64,000 nt of DNA from an uncultured bacterium (lineage in GTDB: Bacteria > Babelota > Babeliae > Babelales > Vermiphilaceae). A program made the position numbers and the translations under genes. Below, one piece after another: positions 10,108-18,940 of this stretch. The first letter of the stretch is position 1, and every line of letters begins with the position of its first letter. Below the pieces are notes generated by a model that worked only from the letters and a program-made list of their open reading frames with translations, did not search any database and was not told the origin of the DNA. The stretch lies in assembly GCA_963702025.1 (NCBI GenBank), contig OY969699.1, positions 704,001 through 768,000 of the forward strand, read 5' to 3'.

Positions 10108-11211
10108 ATGAAGAAATTAGCACTATTACCACTCATTTTTGCCTTTAATGGCATAAAAGCCATGGATTTAACCAACCCCAAACTCTTATCAAGGCCACCT
10201 CAATCGCAGCAGCTTGATAGGGCCCTCAATATCGATCTTGAAGCTAATTTAGCCGGTAAAAGTAACCTTAAGTCAACGTTTTACAGTAGTTATGGCCATC
10301 AAATCAACATTAATCCCATTCACCCTCTGAGCCTTAAGGCATGCTGCCTTTTAGCTCTTGATAAAAATGACATTTTTATTGAGTATGGCAGATGGTCGAA
10401 ATTACCGGAAGAACTAAGGGATCTTATTGATTTTACGGAAGAAACAAAGCTTCGTGCAAAAAGAGATTTGTTGCCCTTGCGAGCCGTTATTGCAAAAGAT
10501 GCTGCCCGCGTTGAGCTGTTCTTGGGAATGTTGTCACACGAGGGATGCTGCCAGATGGTGAATGAACTTGCCTATACCGCTGCAAGTAATGGCAACGATG
10601 AGGCTCTTGCCTATTTGCTTACCAAAATTACCGACGTTAATACTATTAAATATTACCGTAACGATATTACGCCACTCTGGGAAGCAGCAGATAAAGGGCA
10701 TCTTGCCTGTGTAAAATTATTGGTTGTGCATGGCGCCACTATCAATGCAGAATGTAAAAATAGTCTTCCATGGCCGGCAACATATGAAACTGCTTTAATG
10801 GCTGCCGCGCGCAATGGACACGCGGAAATTGTTGCATTTCTTAAGAAACACGGTGGCATGGATCTTGCAATGATTCAGGCGCAAAAAGAGGCGGCCGCTC
10901 AGCAAGAAGCTGCCCGAAAAAAGGCACTTGAACCACGATTTCTTGCCGAAGCGGCTATTGGCAATGTTGAAGCGGTAAGAAGATTATTGGATGAAGGTGT
11001 TAATTATAATTGTACCGATTCGCAAGGTCGTACTGCTTTACAGTTGGCGCGACAAAATAATTATCAGGATGTGGTAACTATGTTACGGCTCTTTATAATG
11101 CGAAGGCTTCAAAATAGAGTACTCGAGCATAATTATGATGCAGAATGGGCAGGCGTTGGCAACGGGCCCGCAGGCGTCACAGTTATCGGCATGTTGCTTG
11201 ACGTTGATTAA
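10108..11211 (+). CDS. Exported ankyrin-repeat protein with SOCS-box-like motif
   Basis: Signal + MD; PLSLKACCLLAL...LPEELRDLI; TPLWEAADKGH, TALMAAARNGH, TALQLAR. Confidence 0.88.
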   Translation: MKKLALLPLIFAFNGIKAMDLTNPKLLSRPPQSQQLDRALNIDLEANLAGKSNLKSTFYSSYGHQININPIHPLSLKACCLLALDKNDIFIEYGRWSKLPEELRDLIDFTEETKLRAKRDLLPLRAVIAKDAARVELFLGMLSHEGCCQMVNELAYTAASNGNDEALAYLLTKITDVNTIKYYRNDITPLWEAADKGHLACVKLLVVHGATINAECKNSLPWPATYETALMAAARNGHAEIVAFLKKHGGMDLAMIQAQKEAAAQQEAARKKALEPRFLAEAAIGNVEAVRRLLDEGVNYNCTDSQGRTALQLARQNNYQDVVTMLRLFIMRRLQNRVLEHNYDAEWAGVGNGPAGVTVIGMLLDVD

Positions 11212-11231
11212 ACTAAAGGGGAATATGATGA

Positions 11232-11270
11232 ATCGGAGCCTCATCTTGCCGATGAAGCCCCGATAATTTT
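11232..11270. terminator. Putative terminator hairpin between convergent genes
   Basis: ATCGGAGCCTCATC-ttgcc-GATGAAGCCCCGAT imperfect stem followed by AATTTT. Confidence 0.4.
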
Positions 11271-11295
11271 ACTTAAAAAAAATAATTTAGTTTTA

Positions 11296-12111
11296 TTACA
11301 TTGTTTTGCAGGAATTTTTTCCGGCTGCATGATCAGCTTCTTTTTTTTCAATTGCTTCTTCAGATAACTCTGCATAAAGCGCTTTTTGCAATGGTGGTAG
11401 TTGATCACAGCTGATCATTTGTGCTGATGCACTATTTATAGCTTTTTCGTCTTCATTTTTTAACGCTCGAATAAGAGAGTAGCGTGAACTAAGATAAGTG
11501 GGCATTATTTTTTTAAGTTCGCGCCGCTTATCTATGTAATCCAAAGATTCATCAGACTGATCATGCTCCAGTTGTTGCTTTATATCTTTGTCGCTCTCCA
11601 CAGCTATTGTTTCAAGCATTTTTTTTAGATTTTCTTCATCGGGAATAGTAAACAATTGTTCGAAAAGTCCGACTCTATGTATTTGTAAAATTAATTTTTC
11701 GTCAGAGGACATGTTTTCGACAACTTGTTTTATTGCTGTTTTTGTGTCGCTGCCATGGAGCCGTTTTGCGCGTAGTATTTTGCCGACAAGATCACCACTT
11801 TCAAACGAATCAACTTTTTCTTTGCTTGTTTTTTCAATGAGTTCTAGCGCTTGTTTACAACTTTGAATAAATAATGCATTTGGTTTGGATAGGTGGGGAA
11901 AAGAGATGGTTTGTGCATTTACTGCTTTTATGCGCCCTTCACCTAAAATGAATGATTCAAGGAGCGAGAGAAGGGATTGGTTTTGATCAATGTATTGATA
12001 AGTTGTTATTTGTTTATTATTGTTGTTTTCGGGATTCTGAGTGGTTCCTTCCATAGCCATGAGAGGAACGGAGAATGATAACAACACTGCGAGTAAAGCA
12101 TGATTATTCAT
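11296..12111 (-). CDS. Exported hypothetical helical protein with C-terminal CaaX (CKTM)
   Basis: Signal + ME; ends NSCKTM*. Confidence 0.75.
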   Translation of the reverse strand: MNNHALLAVLLSFSVPLMAMEGTTQNPENNNNKQITTYQYIDQNQSLLSLLESFILGEGRIKAVNAQTISFPHLSKPNALFIQSCKQALELIEKTSKEKVDSFESGDLVGKILRAKRLHGSDTKTAIKQVVENMSSDEKLILQIHRVGLFEQLFTIPDEENLKKMLETIAVESDKDIKQQLEHDQSDESLDYIDKRRELKKIMPTYLSSRYSLIRALKNEDEKAINSASAQMISCDQLPPLQKALYAELSEEAIEKKEADHAAGKNSCKTM

Positions 12112-12249
12112 ATGAACCTTTATAGTTAAGAATAGGTTAGATTTATTTAATTTCTTGAAAAGGATAATGACTTTTTCTTCTTATTGCTAGAAGGATGAGA
12201 AATATTCTGTGTGGCAGATGCAATAGGAATTTTATTTTATTTGGCTGGA

Positions 12250-12345
12250 GTTTATCCTGAGCTTGTCGAAGAGCGGCCAGCGGCAAGAAATATATTTATT
12301 GATCGCCCTCCCAGCCGTCGCTCTCCGAGCTATGGCGGGCACGGC
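12250..12345. repeat. REP-like palindromic modules
   Basis: GTTTATCCTGAGCTTGTCGAAG and CCCAGCCGTCGCTCTCCGAGCTATGGCGGGCA, matching copies at ~62650-62720 and ~31350. Confidence 0.75.
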
Positions 12346-12403
12346 CGGCGGTGGCCAAAGTAAAAATATAATTTCTACAAATGTGTTGCATGAAAATTAG
12401 TAT

Positions 12404-13918
12404 TTAAGAAAACAATTTCTGCAAAAAAGACATTTTACACACTGCATATCGTTGTCGCGCAATTTCTTGCAAACGGCGACTTTCTGAATTACCCATAGTA
12501 TTTATGAGTTCACTATCAACCTTCATACCATTCTTTTTTTGGCGTTCTGCGATAAAAAGTGCCAGAAGTTGGTCAAGCGATGCATGATTAGTGATTGCGC
12601 GATGCGTATAATAGAGGTAGGGATAATAACGCGTATCAAGCAGATAAAATCCTTTTATAATGATAGCAGATCCATCGGGAATTATTGTGTGATAAACCCA
12701 TGCCGGTTCTGCCGGATATGTTTTAAGACACGTTTGTTTAAGACAATGCACTAAGCAGTTTTCTGAATTATGTGGGCCTGCATAGAGTAGCGAATCGGCA
12801 CTCAGTTGTGTTTCATGATTGAATTTACCAATATTGTAGGCTATTAAGGACCAAGTGCGCGAGTTAATACGATTACGCAGAAGATTAATTACTCTATTTT
12901 TTTTAGAAATTCCTACCAAGAGAGTATTTTCATCGGCGAAAGAAAATTGTTCCACTTTATCATGATAATGCAAGGAATGGAAAAGTTGACGTGTTGTAAA
13001 ATTCCACAATGCTATAGTTTTATCTTGAACCGTGGCGATTTGCTGCCCGGATGGGCTGAATTGAGCAAGTGTTTTTTCTGTTCCGCCGGTATTTGAGGTA
13101 ACATGGGGCAAGGTGAAGAGTGGTGTGCCCTCAATGGTGTTGATTGTGATGGTATTCTCAGCGGGCTGATGGGAAATATAATAGTTTTGTGTTGGATCCA
13201 ATATCGGCTTTACAAATGGCGAGTTAATCAGCCGCTTTTTATTATTGGTTACTACATAGTTTTCGATTTTCTGGGGAATTTTATTGCAGCCGGCGATCTC
13301 TTTTTTTGCAATATCATACGTAAATAAATTAGATTTGGTGAGTATATCATGAAAAAAGATGTGGCTGCTGTCATCAGAGAAGGTAAAATAGGTGCAGATA
13401 TGTCCGATTTCAGTATCGCCGCAACTTATTTGTGGATGTACTATGCGGTTTTCTTTGCCGCTTGGCAGATGGATAAGCGCTAAAGTATCAACCGGCCATT
13501 GGGGTTCATTATTGGGGAGTCTTTTTTGTGTGATATAACAAAGATATTCGGAATTAGGGCTAATTTTAAAATTGCTGTCGCAGTATATCTCTTTGTCGGA
13601 TAGTCGTAGTGGCTTTGCATTATTGATCTGTTCAAATATTTCCGCTTTTTCTTTGACGATTGTTGTTTTGACATGTTCTTGTAATTCTTGGGGTAACAAT
13701 CGTGCTTTTTTGCGCAATAGGTGCAATTGATCAAGAGAATGTTTGGTGTTATTAGGATCGAAAGTGTCAGCGAATGTGCAGGCGGCTAATTCTTTTAAGC
13801 TGGGCAGTTCTTTAAATGCTTTTTTGTGTGTATCAGTTTTGATGGTTAGCTTTTCCATGCCTAAACTGGTAAAAAAAATACAGAGGGATAAGATAAAATG
13901 TTTTTTGCAAAGCTTCAT
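12404..13918 (-). CDS. Exported beta-propeller (WD40-like) protein with SOCS-box-like N-terminus
   Basis: Signal + ME; LPSLKELAA...LPQELQEHV; ISPNSEYL and FSPSGQQIAT...IALWN blades. Confidence 0.75.
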   Translation of the reverse strand: MKLCKKHFILSLCIFFTSLGMEKLTIKTDTHKKAFKELPSLKELAACTFADTFDPNNTKHSLDQLHLLRKKARLLPQELQEHVKTTIVKEKAEIFEQINNAKPLRLSDKEIYCDSNFKISPNSEYLCYITQKRLPNNEPQWPVDTLALIHLPSGKENRIVHPQISCGDTEIGHICTYFTFSDDSSHIFFHDILTKSNLFTYDIAKKEIAGCNKIPQKIENYVVTNNKKRLINSPFVKPILDPTQNYYISHQPAENTITINTIEGTPLFTLPHVTSNTGGTEKTLAQFSPSGQQIATVQDKTIALWNFTTRQLFHSLHYHDKVEQFSFADENTLLVGISKKNRVINLLRNRINSRTWSLIAYNIGKFNHETQLSADSLLYAGPHNSENCLVHCLKQTCLKTYPAEPAWVYHTIIPDGSAIIIKGFYLLDTRYYPYLYYTHRAITNHASLDQLLALFIAERQKKNGMKVDSELINTMGNSESRRLQEIARQRYAVCKMSFLQKLFS

Positions 13919-13947
13919 TCATCCCTTTCTTCAAGATGTCGAGCGCT

Positions 13948-14664
13948 TCATTTTTCTAAGCAGATTTCAACCGGCACCCTCTCAATTTGTTTTCCATCTG
14001 GTAAAAAATGATGGTTTAAATACTCAGATGACGGGTTGGGTTTGCCCGGATAAAATTCAAAACGGTATCCTTCTTTTGATGCTACAAATACATAGATACT
14101 CTGTTCTAATAAATCTTGGATAGTTTTTGCTATAAATTGTTCTTTATCCGGCATTTCTTGCGCACGTTCGGGCGAATAATTACCGAGAGCATCCTGATAC
14201 AACAGTTTTTGAAATTGTTCGTCAGTTTTATAAATGTTCATAATGGTGTTTCGATAGGTCTGATAATCGGGATTCTGGCTAATAAATTCCTCCCATGAAA
14301 CAACCTCACATCCCTGGAAATCTGATGCAAATCTTTTTTTTAATAGTTGCGCATCCTGAGTGCATTGCGCGTATGCTTTTTGCGCGTCGCCATCATAATT
14401 GAGGCTGAGCGCATTGATGTGCGTTTTCTCGGTAAATAAAATGGTAACCTTTCCCGCAACGTTTTCTTTAATGTTCCTGACTAAAGTATTAACTTTAAGG
14501 GCGCCGAGCGATCCTTCATGAAACAGTGAATGGATGCTAAAAAGAATGATGACCGGCTCTTGCGCATTCAACCAATCTGCTGAATGCGTCTTCATTCTTA
14601 TTTTACTTTTACCATACAAATTTGGGTTGATTTTAATGCGCTTAACCCAAGCATACAAACTCAT
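13948..14664 (-). CDS. Divergent cyclodipeptide-synthase-like protein (XYP type), paralog 2
   Basis: IILFSIHSLFHEG, SWEEF..NPDY, IYKTDEQF, DLLEQ, FYPG resemble the XYP-CDPS motif layout. Confidence 0.55.
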   Translation of the reverse strand: MSLYAWVKRIKINPNLYGKSKIRMKTHSADWLNAQEPVIILFSIHSLFHEGSLGALKVNTLVRNIKENVAGKVTILFTEKTHINALSLNYDGDAQKAYAQCTQDAQLLKKRFASDFQGCEVVSWEEFISQNPDYQTYRNTIMNIYKTDEQFQKLLYQDALGNYSPERAQEMPDKEQFIAKTIQDLLEQSIYVFVASKEGYRFEFYPGKPNPSSEYLNHHFLPDGKQIERVPVEICLEK

Positions 14665-14680
14665 AATACACCTCCATTTA

Positions 14681-15394
14681 TTATTCTAAGCGAAACCCTA
14701 CGGGTATCTGCTTTATCTGTTTTTCAGCGGGTAGAAATTTGTGATTAATGTATTCGGATGACGCATTTGGTTTGCCCGGATAAAACTCAAAACGGTACCC
14801 TTTTTTGGATGCCACAAATAGATAAATAATTAGTTCTAGTAAATCTTTAATGGTTTTGGTGATAAATATATCTTTGTTAGGTACTGCTTGCGCTCGTTCC
14901 GGGGTATAGCTCTTAAGTGCATCTTGATACAGCAGTTCTTGGAAATGAGTATCAGTTTTATAGATATCCATAACCATATCATGATAGCTCTGATAATCTG
15001 GATCTTGGCTAATAAATTCTTCCCAAGAAACAACCGCACAACCTTGAAAATCGGTTGCAAATCTACTTTTTAATAGTTGAGCATCCTTGATGCACTGGGT
15101 GTACGCTTTGTCTCTATCGCCACCATAATTGAGGCTGAGTGCATTTATGTGTGCTTTCTCGGTAAACAAAATAGTAACGTTCCCATTTACATTTGCTTTA
15201 ATATTAGAAACGAGCGTACTTACTTGAAGAGATCCAATCAATCCTTCATGAAAAAGCGAATGGATACTAAAAAGAATAATAACCGGCTCATGAGTGCCTA
15301 TCCAGTCGGCTGACCGGGTTTTGATTACTATCTTATTGTTGTTATATAAATCGGGATTAATTTTAGTGCGTTTTACCCATGCAGATGAACTCAT
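14681..15394 (-). CDS. Divergent cyclodipeptide-synthase-like protein (XYP type), paralog 1
   Basis: Colinear close paralog of 13948-14664 with the same motifs (DLLEL, FYPG). Confidence 0.55.
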   Translation of the reverse strand: MSSSAWVKRTKINPDLYNNNKIVIKTRSADWIGTHEPVIILFSIHSLFHEGLIGSLQVSTLVSNIKANVNGNVTILFTEKAHINALSLNYGGDRDKAYTQCIKDAQLLKSRFATDFQGCAVVSWEEFISQDPDYQSYHDMVMDIYKTDTHFQELLYQDALKSYTPERAQAVPNKDIFITKTIKDLLELIIYLFVASKKGYRFEFYPGKPNASSEYINHKFLPAEKQIKQIPVGFRLE

Positions 15395-15424
15395 AAAACC
15401 TCCATTATCAACATATTTAATCTC

Positions 15425-16579
15425 TTATGAGCCAATTACCTGCTTGGCAAGTTGGATTGCGCGCGCAATAGCTTTGGCAGCTTCATCTTTGAGATCAATG
15501 CGAACTGCCGATTCAACAACAAATTCATTGCCTTGTGCATCTTTATAAGATTGTTGCGGCCATGATATTTTAGGCGTAATTGAAAGAATATCAACAAGCT
15601 GATTTTGTGGAGAATATTTGAGAAAGAAATTTTTAGATGAAGGATTATTGGTAACTGTTTCAGAGATAAGGGTGCGATACTGCCCTATGCTTCTTCTTAA
15701 AAGACTTATTTCATCTTGAATATCGGCGGTGGCAATAACATCCGGATATGATAAGTTATTCTTTTTTCTATAGCTAAGGTATTCGGCTTGAGTGTTATGG
15801 ACCAGTAAAGTGATCTTTGCATCCGGAAACATCTTTTTAAGACAAGTAACAAATTGCTTAATTCGAGCTTCTTGATAAAAAATTTCACCACTGATTTGTG
15901 TTACTAATTCATGTGCAGGCGTCTGAGGATCTCCGCCCCATTCTTTGTGTGTCAAGTCGATAATCTGATCAATTATTGGATTTAAGCAAATAGTATAAGT
16001 GGGGCTTATTTCACGGGTATCTTTTAAGAGATCACGTGATGCAACATACGGTGTAAAGTTTATATCTATCAGATTAATTATTAGATGTGCATCCGGTTTT
16101 TGCGCTAAGGTTCGGGTTGCAATAAGTAAATCTTGTAGCATTCCGCCCGATCCAAATGAAGTATATTCAACCTTTGGCTGAGTTTGTAATTTTTTGAGCA
16201 ATGCATCACTTACTATTTCTTCAAAGATTCTTCTAAAACCGGGATTATCTGTGCGTGTTAAAAGGCAAAAATCTGCTGAACATTCTCCTAATAAAAAGAA
16301 AGGACATTGTTGTTCATATTTTGCAATTATTACTTGAATAGCCTGATACATTTCCTGCGGGCTTAATTTGTTAACATCTTGCTCTTCCAGCCATTTGCAT
16401 TCTTTAGCAAATTCAGCGCGAACTTTGTGGGCAATTTCAAGCGCTTTTACCGGATTATTAATTAAAAAAGTAGGGTTATGCACTGTTTCTTGGCGATTGG
16501 TATCCATGCCAATAAGGGGAATAGCAAAGGATAACAGTGAGCAGATTGTTAAAAATTTGAATACTTGTTGAGTTTCCAT
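15425..16579 (-). CDS. Exported hypothetical protein, possible SAM-methyltransferase-like fold
   Basis: Signal + MD; YTSFGSGGMLQD followed by IINLID resembles motifs I and II. Confidence 0.5.
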   Translation of the reverse strand: METQQVFKFLTICSLLSFAIPLIGMDTNRQETVHNPTFLINNPVKALEIAHKVRAEFAKECKWLEEQDVNKLSPQEMYQAIQVIIAKYEQQCPFFLLGECSADFCLLTRTDNPGFRRIFEEIVSDALLKKLQTQPKVEYTSFGSGGMLQDLLIATRTLAQKPDAHLIINLIDINFTPYVASRDLLKDTREISPTYTICLNPIIDQIIDLTHKEWGGDPQTPAHELVTQISGEIFYQEARIKQFVTCLKKMFPDAKITLLVHNTQAEYLSYRKKNNLSYPDVIATADIQDEISLLRRSIGQYRTLISETVTNNPSSKNFFLKYSPQNQLVDILSITPKISWPQQSYKDAQGNEFVVESAVRIDLKDEAAKAIARAIQLAKQVIGS

Positions 16580-16643
16580 AAAAATCTCCATTTGGTTAAT
16601 GATTTAAATAGTACATTTCTTATAATTTATAAAAATAATTTTT

Positions 16644-18923
16644 CTAATTGTTTCCTTCTAATTGTTGTTTCCGCAAAGCTATAATTTCCGGTAGTGATAA
16701 TAAAATATTGGCTGTAACAATATTCACCGTGCCGTTTCTTGTGCCCAGAGCAACGCGGCCATTGCCCAATAAAGCGGCGCATAAGGCTGGGTTCCACCCC
16801 GGTTGTTTATTGATATACCCTTGCGCGGTATCGGTCAGCGCGTCGAAGACTTGGGTATTAACACCGGTAGTGAGAAATTGCTGGTCATTGATTTTGAGAG
16901 TAGAAAAGGGTTCCTTTTTTATCCCAAGTCTGGAATTGCCTTCTTGCATGGAAAGAATTTTTTCTTTGCCAGTCGTTATATGTATTATTTTGGTTACCGG
17001 GTCATGGCATTGCCCGCGCTGGGAAGAATACCAGTTTTCATGCGCGCAGGTAACCAAATGATCATCGTCAAACCTTAAAAGAGTTGCTAATGATTTCATT
17101 CCGTTATTGCCGGTATGTTCGGGTAGAGGGGTGATTTTTTTTGACAGTGGATCGAGTATGCAGAGTTTTTCATTGAACATATGATTAGCAGGATCCCATA
17201 TTTCTTTATATAAAATGGCTATCTGGCGAGGATCAATTACCAGGCATTTCTTTGCCTTGCGTGATCGCAGAATTGCTACAAGATCAATTTCTTGGGTATT
17301 TTCGGTGCCAACGGTCCAAAGGTAAAGCTTATCGTGGTCTAATTGAACTATCGCTTTGGTATCATCAAGCTTTTCAAGATGTTTTATTTTAGGGATCTGG
17401 CTAGCAGTAATGTGCATTTTAGTTTCCGAGGCGCATTGCGGCGTATTGGTGCTTATATTCCATAATTTTAATGTTATATAGGCGACCCATTTATCAATGG
17501 TAGAACCGTATATGTTATTTACGGCTAAGAATCGGCCAAGATGATCCATTTTTTTGTACGCTGCGGTGATTATGTGGTTATCATCCCAGCGGTTTGCAGC
17601 GTAAATATTTTCAAAAAAGCCGCCGATAGCGCAGTGTGTATTGCCAGTTGCCGTGTCGAGGATAAAAACGCTTGTTTGCGCATCGGTAGTTACCAAAAGA
17701 CGGTTATTGGCAAGCTTTACTAATGATTTAATAGCATAAGAATCAAGATTTTTTGCTATGCAGCTATCGTGAACTGCATTCGTTTTTATTAATTCTTTTT
17801 TTAAGAGTTGAGCGATTTTTTGCATATTCGGTTTCTTGAACAGTTCTTGCATGCTGCTGCCAATCTTTGTTACATAATTATCAAAATCCTTGGCAATCAT
17901 TGCAATGCTCGTGGCGGCGATTTTTTCTTCATCTTCGATGAGATTTTGGTGCGCCGCGTCTGCAACATGTTGTAAATAGGGCACTGCCCGTCCTTGTAGC
18001 CATGCTTTATTATCATGCATGAATGGTGGAACATAGGTGAGACAGGTTGCAGGCAATTCTTTAATGATTTTAAAAGATTCTAAACCGGTATCGGCGAGTA
18101 TGAATTGAGTGAGCGTATGGGCCAATTCCGGCATGAGCCATTGATCGGCAACAAGAATTGCGTGGGTTGATATCTCTTTTTGTTTTTGCAAATGCACTTC
18201 AATGAGCGGTCTGATGTGCGCAAATGGTTTATTTTTTACTATTTTATGTTCGTGAATCAATTTTATGAGATCCAGCATAAGAGCAATAGTCTCGGAAGAA
18301 TAGTCGGCCGGAAGCTCTAACATTCTATTTCTTGATTCCTTGTATGACGAATTGCACCAGGTTTGCAAGTAAGGAGAGGCAGAGGTGATGTCTTCAGGTA
18401 GAATAAAGACTTTATTATCCGCCGTGGTGATTGCGTATAAGGTGGCATCGGCCAGATTAGTGATGCCCAGATCAGCAAATTCTTTTTTTGTATACTCTGA
18501 TTTGGTTGCATACAAGTGCCATGCAACTGTGCGAGTTATGGGTGCTAATCCCAATCGGTGAGCCTCGGCGATGAGCGTTGTTATATCGCTTATTAAAGTT
18601 TGGTGGATTTCACAGTGTTTTGCTAGTACTCTTTTTAGTTCGAGCAGGATGGTGCCGGAAGTTTTTTCGCGGTACTCATGCCAGGTATCAATAAGATCTT
18701 TTAAGAGCCGCGTGGTGCTCTCGTTCAACTGAGTGGTGAGAAATTTATTTTCCGGCAGATTATTGATGATGTTTTGCAATGGTGCAAGTTCGCAAACAGT
18801 TGCCCGATTGATCCAAAAGCGGCACCCATCATTGCTCAGCAATGAAAGATGGGGGCCCGTTTCCATGGCGCCCAATGCGGAGGAAATGAGAATTGTTAAT
18901 AATCCAAATGTACCATATTTCAT
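16644..18923 (-). CDS. Exported tandem BTB/Skp1-like + beta-propeller protein
   Basis: Signal + ME; LSLLSNDGCRFWI; SPYLQTWCNSSYKESRNRMLEL; LKLWN, LYLWT and ALGTRNGTV WD-like blades. Confidence 0.75.
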   Translation of the reverse strand: MKYGTFGLLTILISSALGAMETGPHLSLLSNDGCRFWINRATVCELAPLQNIINNLPENKFLTTQLNESTTRLLKDLIDTWHEYREKTSGTILLELKRVLAKHCEIHQTLISDITTLIAEAHRLGLAPITRTVAWHLYATKSEYTKKEFADLGITNLADATLYAITTADNKVFILPEDITSASPYLQTWCNSSYKESRNRMLELPADYSSETIALMLDLIKLIHEHKIVKNKPFAHIRPLIEVHLQKQKEISTHAILVADQWLMPELAHTLTQFILADTGLESFKIIKELPATCLTYVPPFMHDNKAWLQGRAVPYLQHVADAAHQNLIEDEEKIAATSIAMIAKDFDNYVTKIGSSMQELFKKPNMQKIAQLLKKELIKTNAVHDSCIAKNLDSYAIKSLVKLANNRLLVTTDAQTSVFILDTATGNTHCAIGGFFENIYAANRWDDNHIITAAYKKMDHLGRFLAVNNIYGSTIDKWVAYITLKLWNISTNTPQCASETKMHITASQIPKIKHLEKLDDTKAIVQLDHDKLYLWTVGTENTQEIDLVAILRSRKAKKCLVIDPRQIAILYKEIWDPANHMFNEKLCILDPLSKKITPLPEHTGNNGMKSLATLLRFDDDHLVTCAHENWYSSQRGQCHDPVTKIIHITTGKEKILSMQEGNSRLGIKKEPFSTLKINDQQFLTTGVNTQVFDALTDTAQGYINKQPGWNPALCAALLGNGRVALGTRNGTVNIVTANILLSLPEIIALRKQQLEGNN

Positions 18924-18940
18924 AATAATACTTGTTACCC

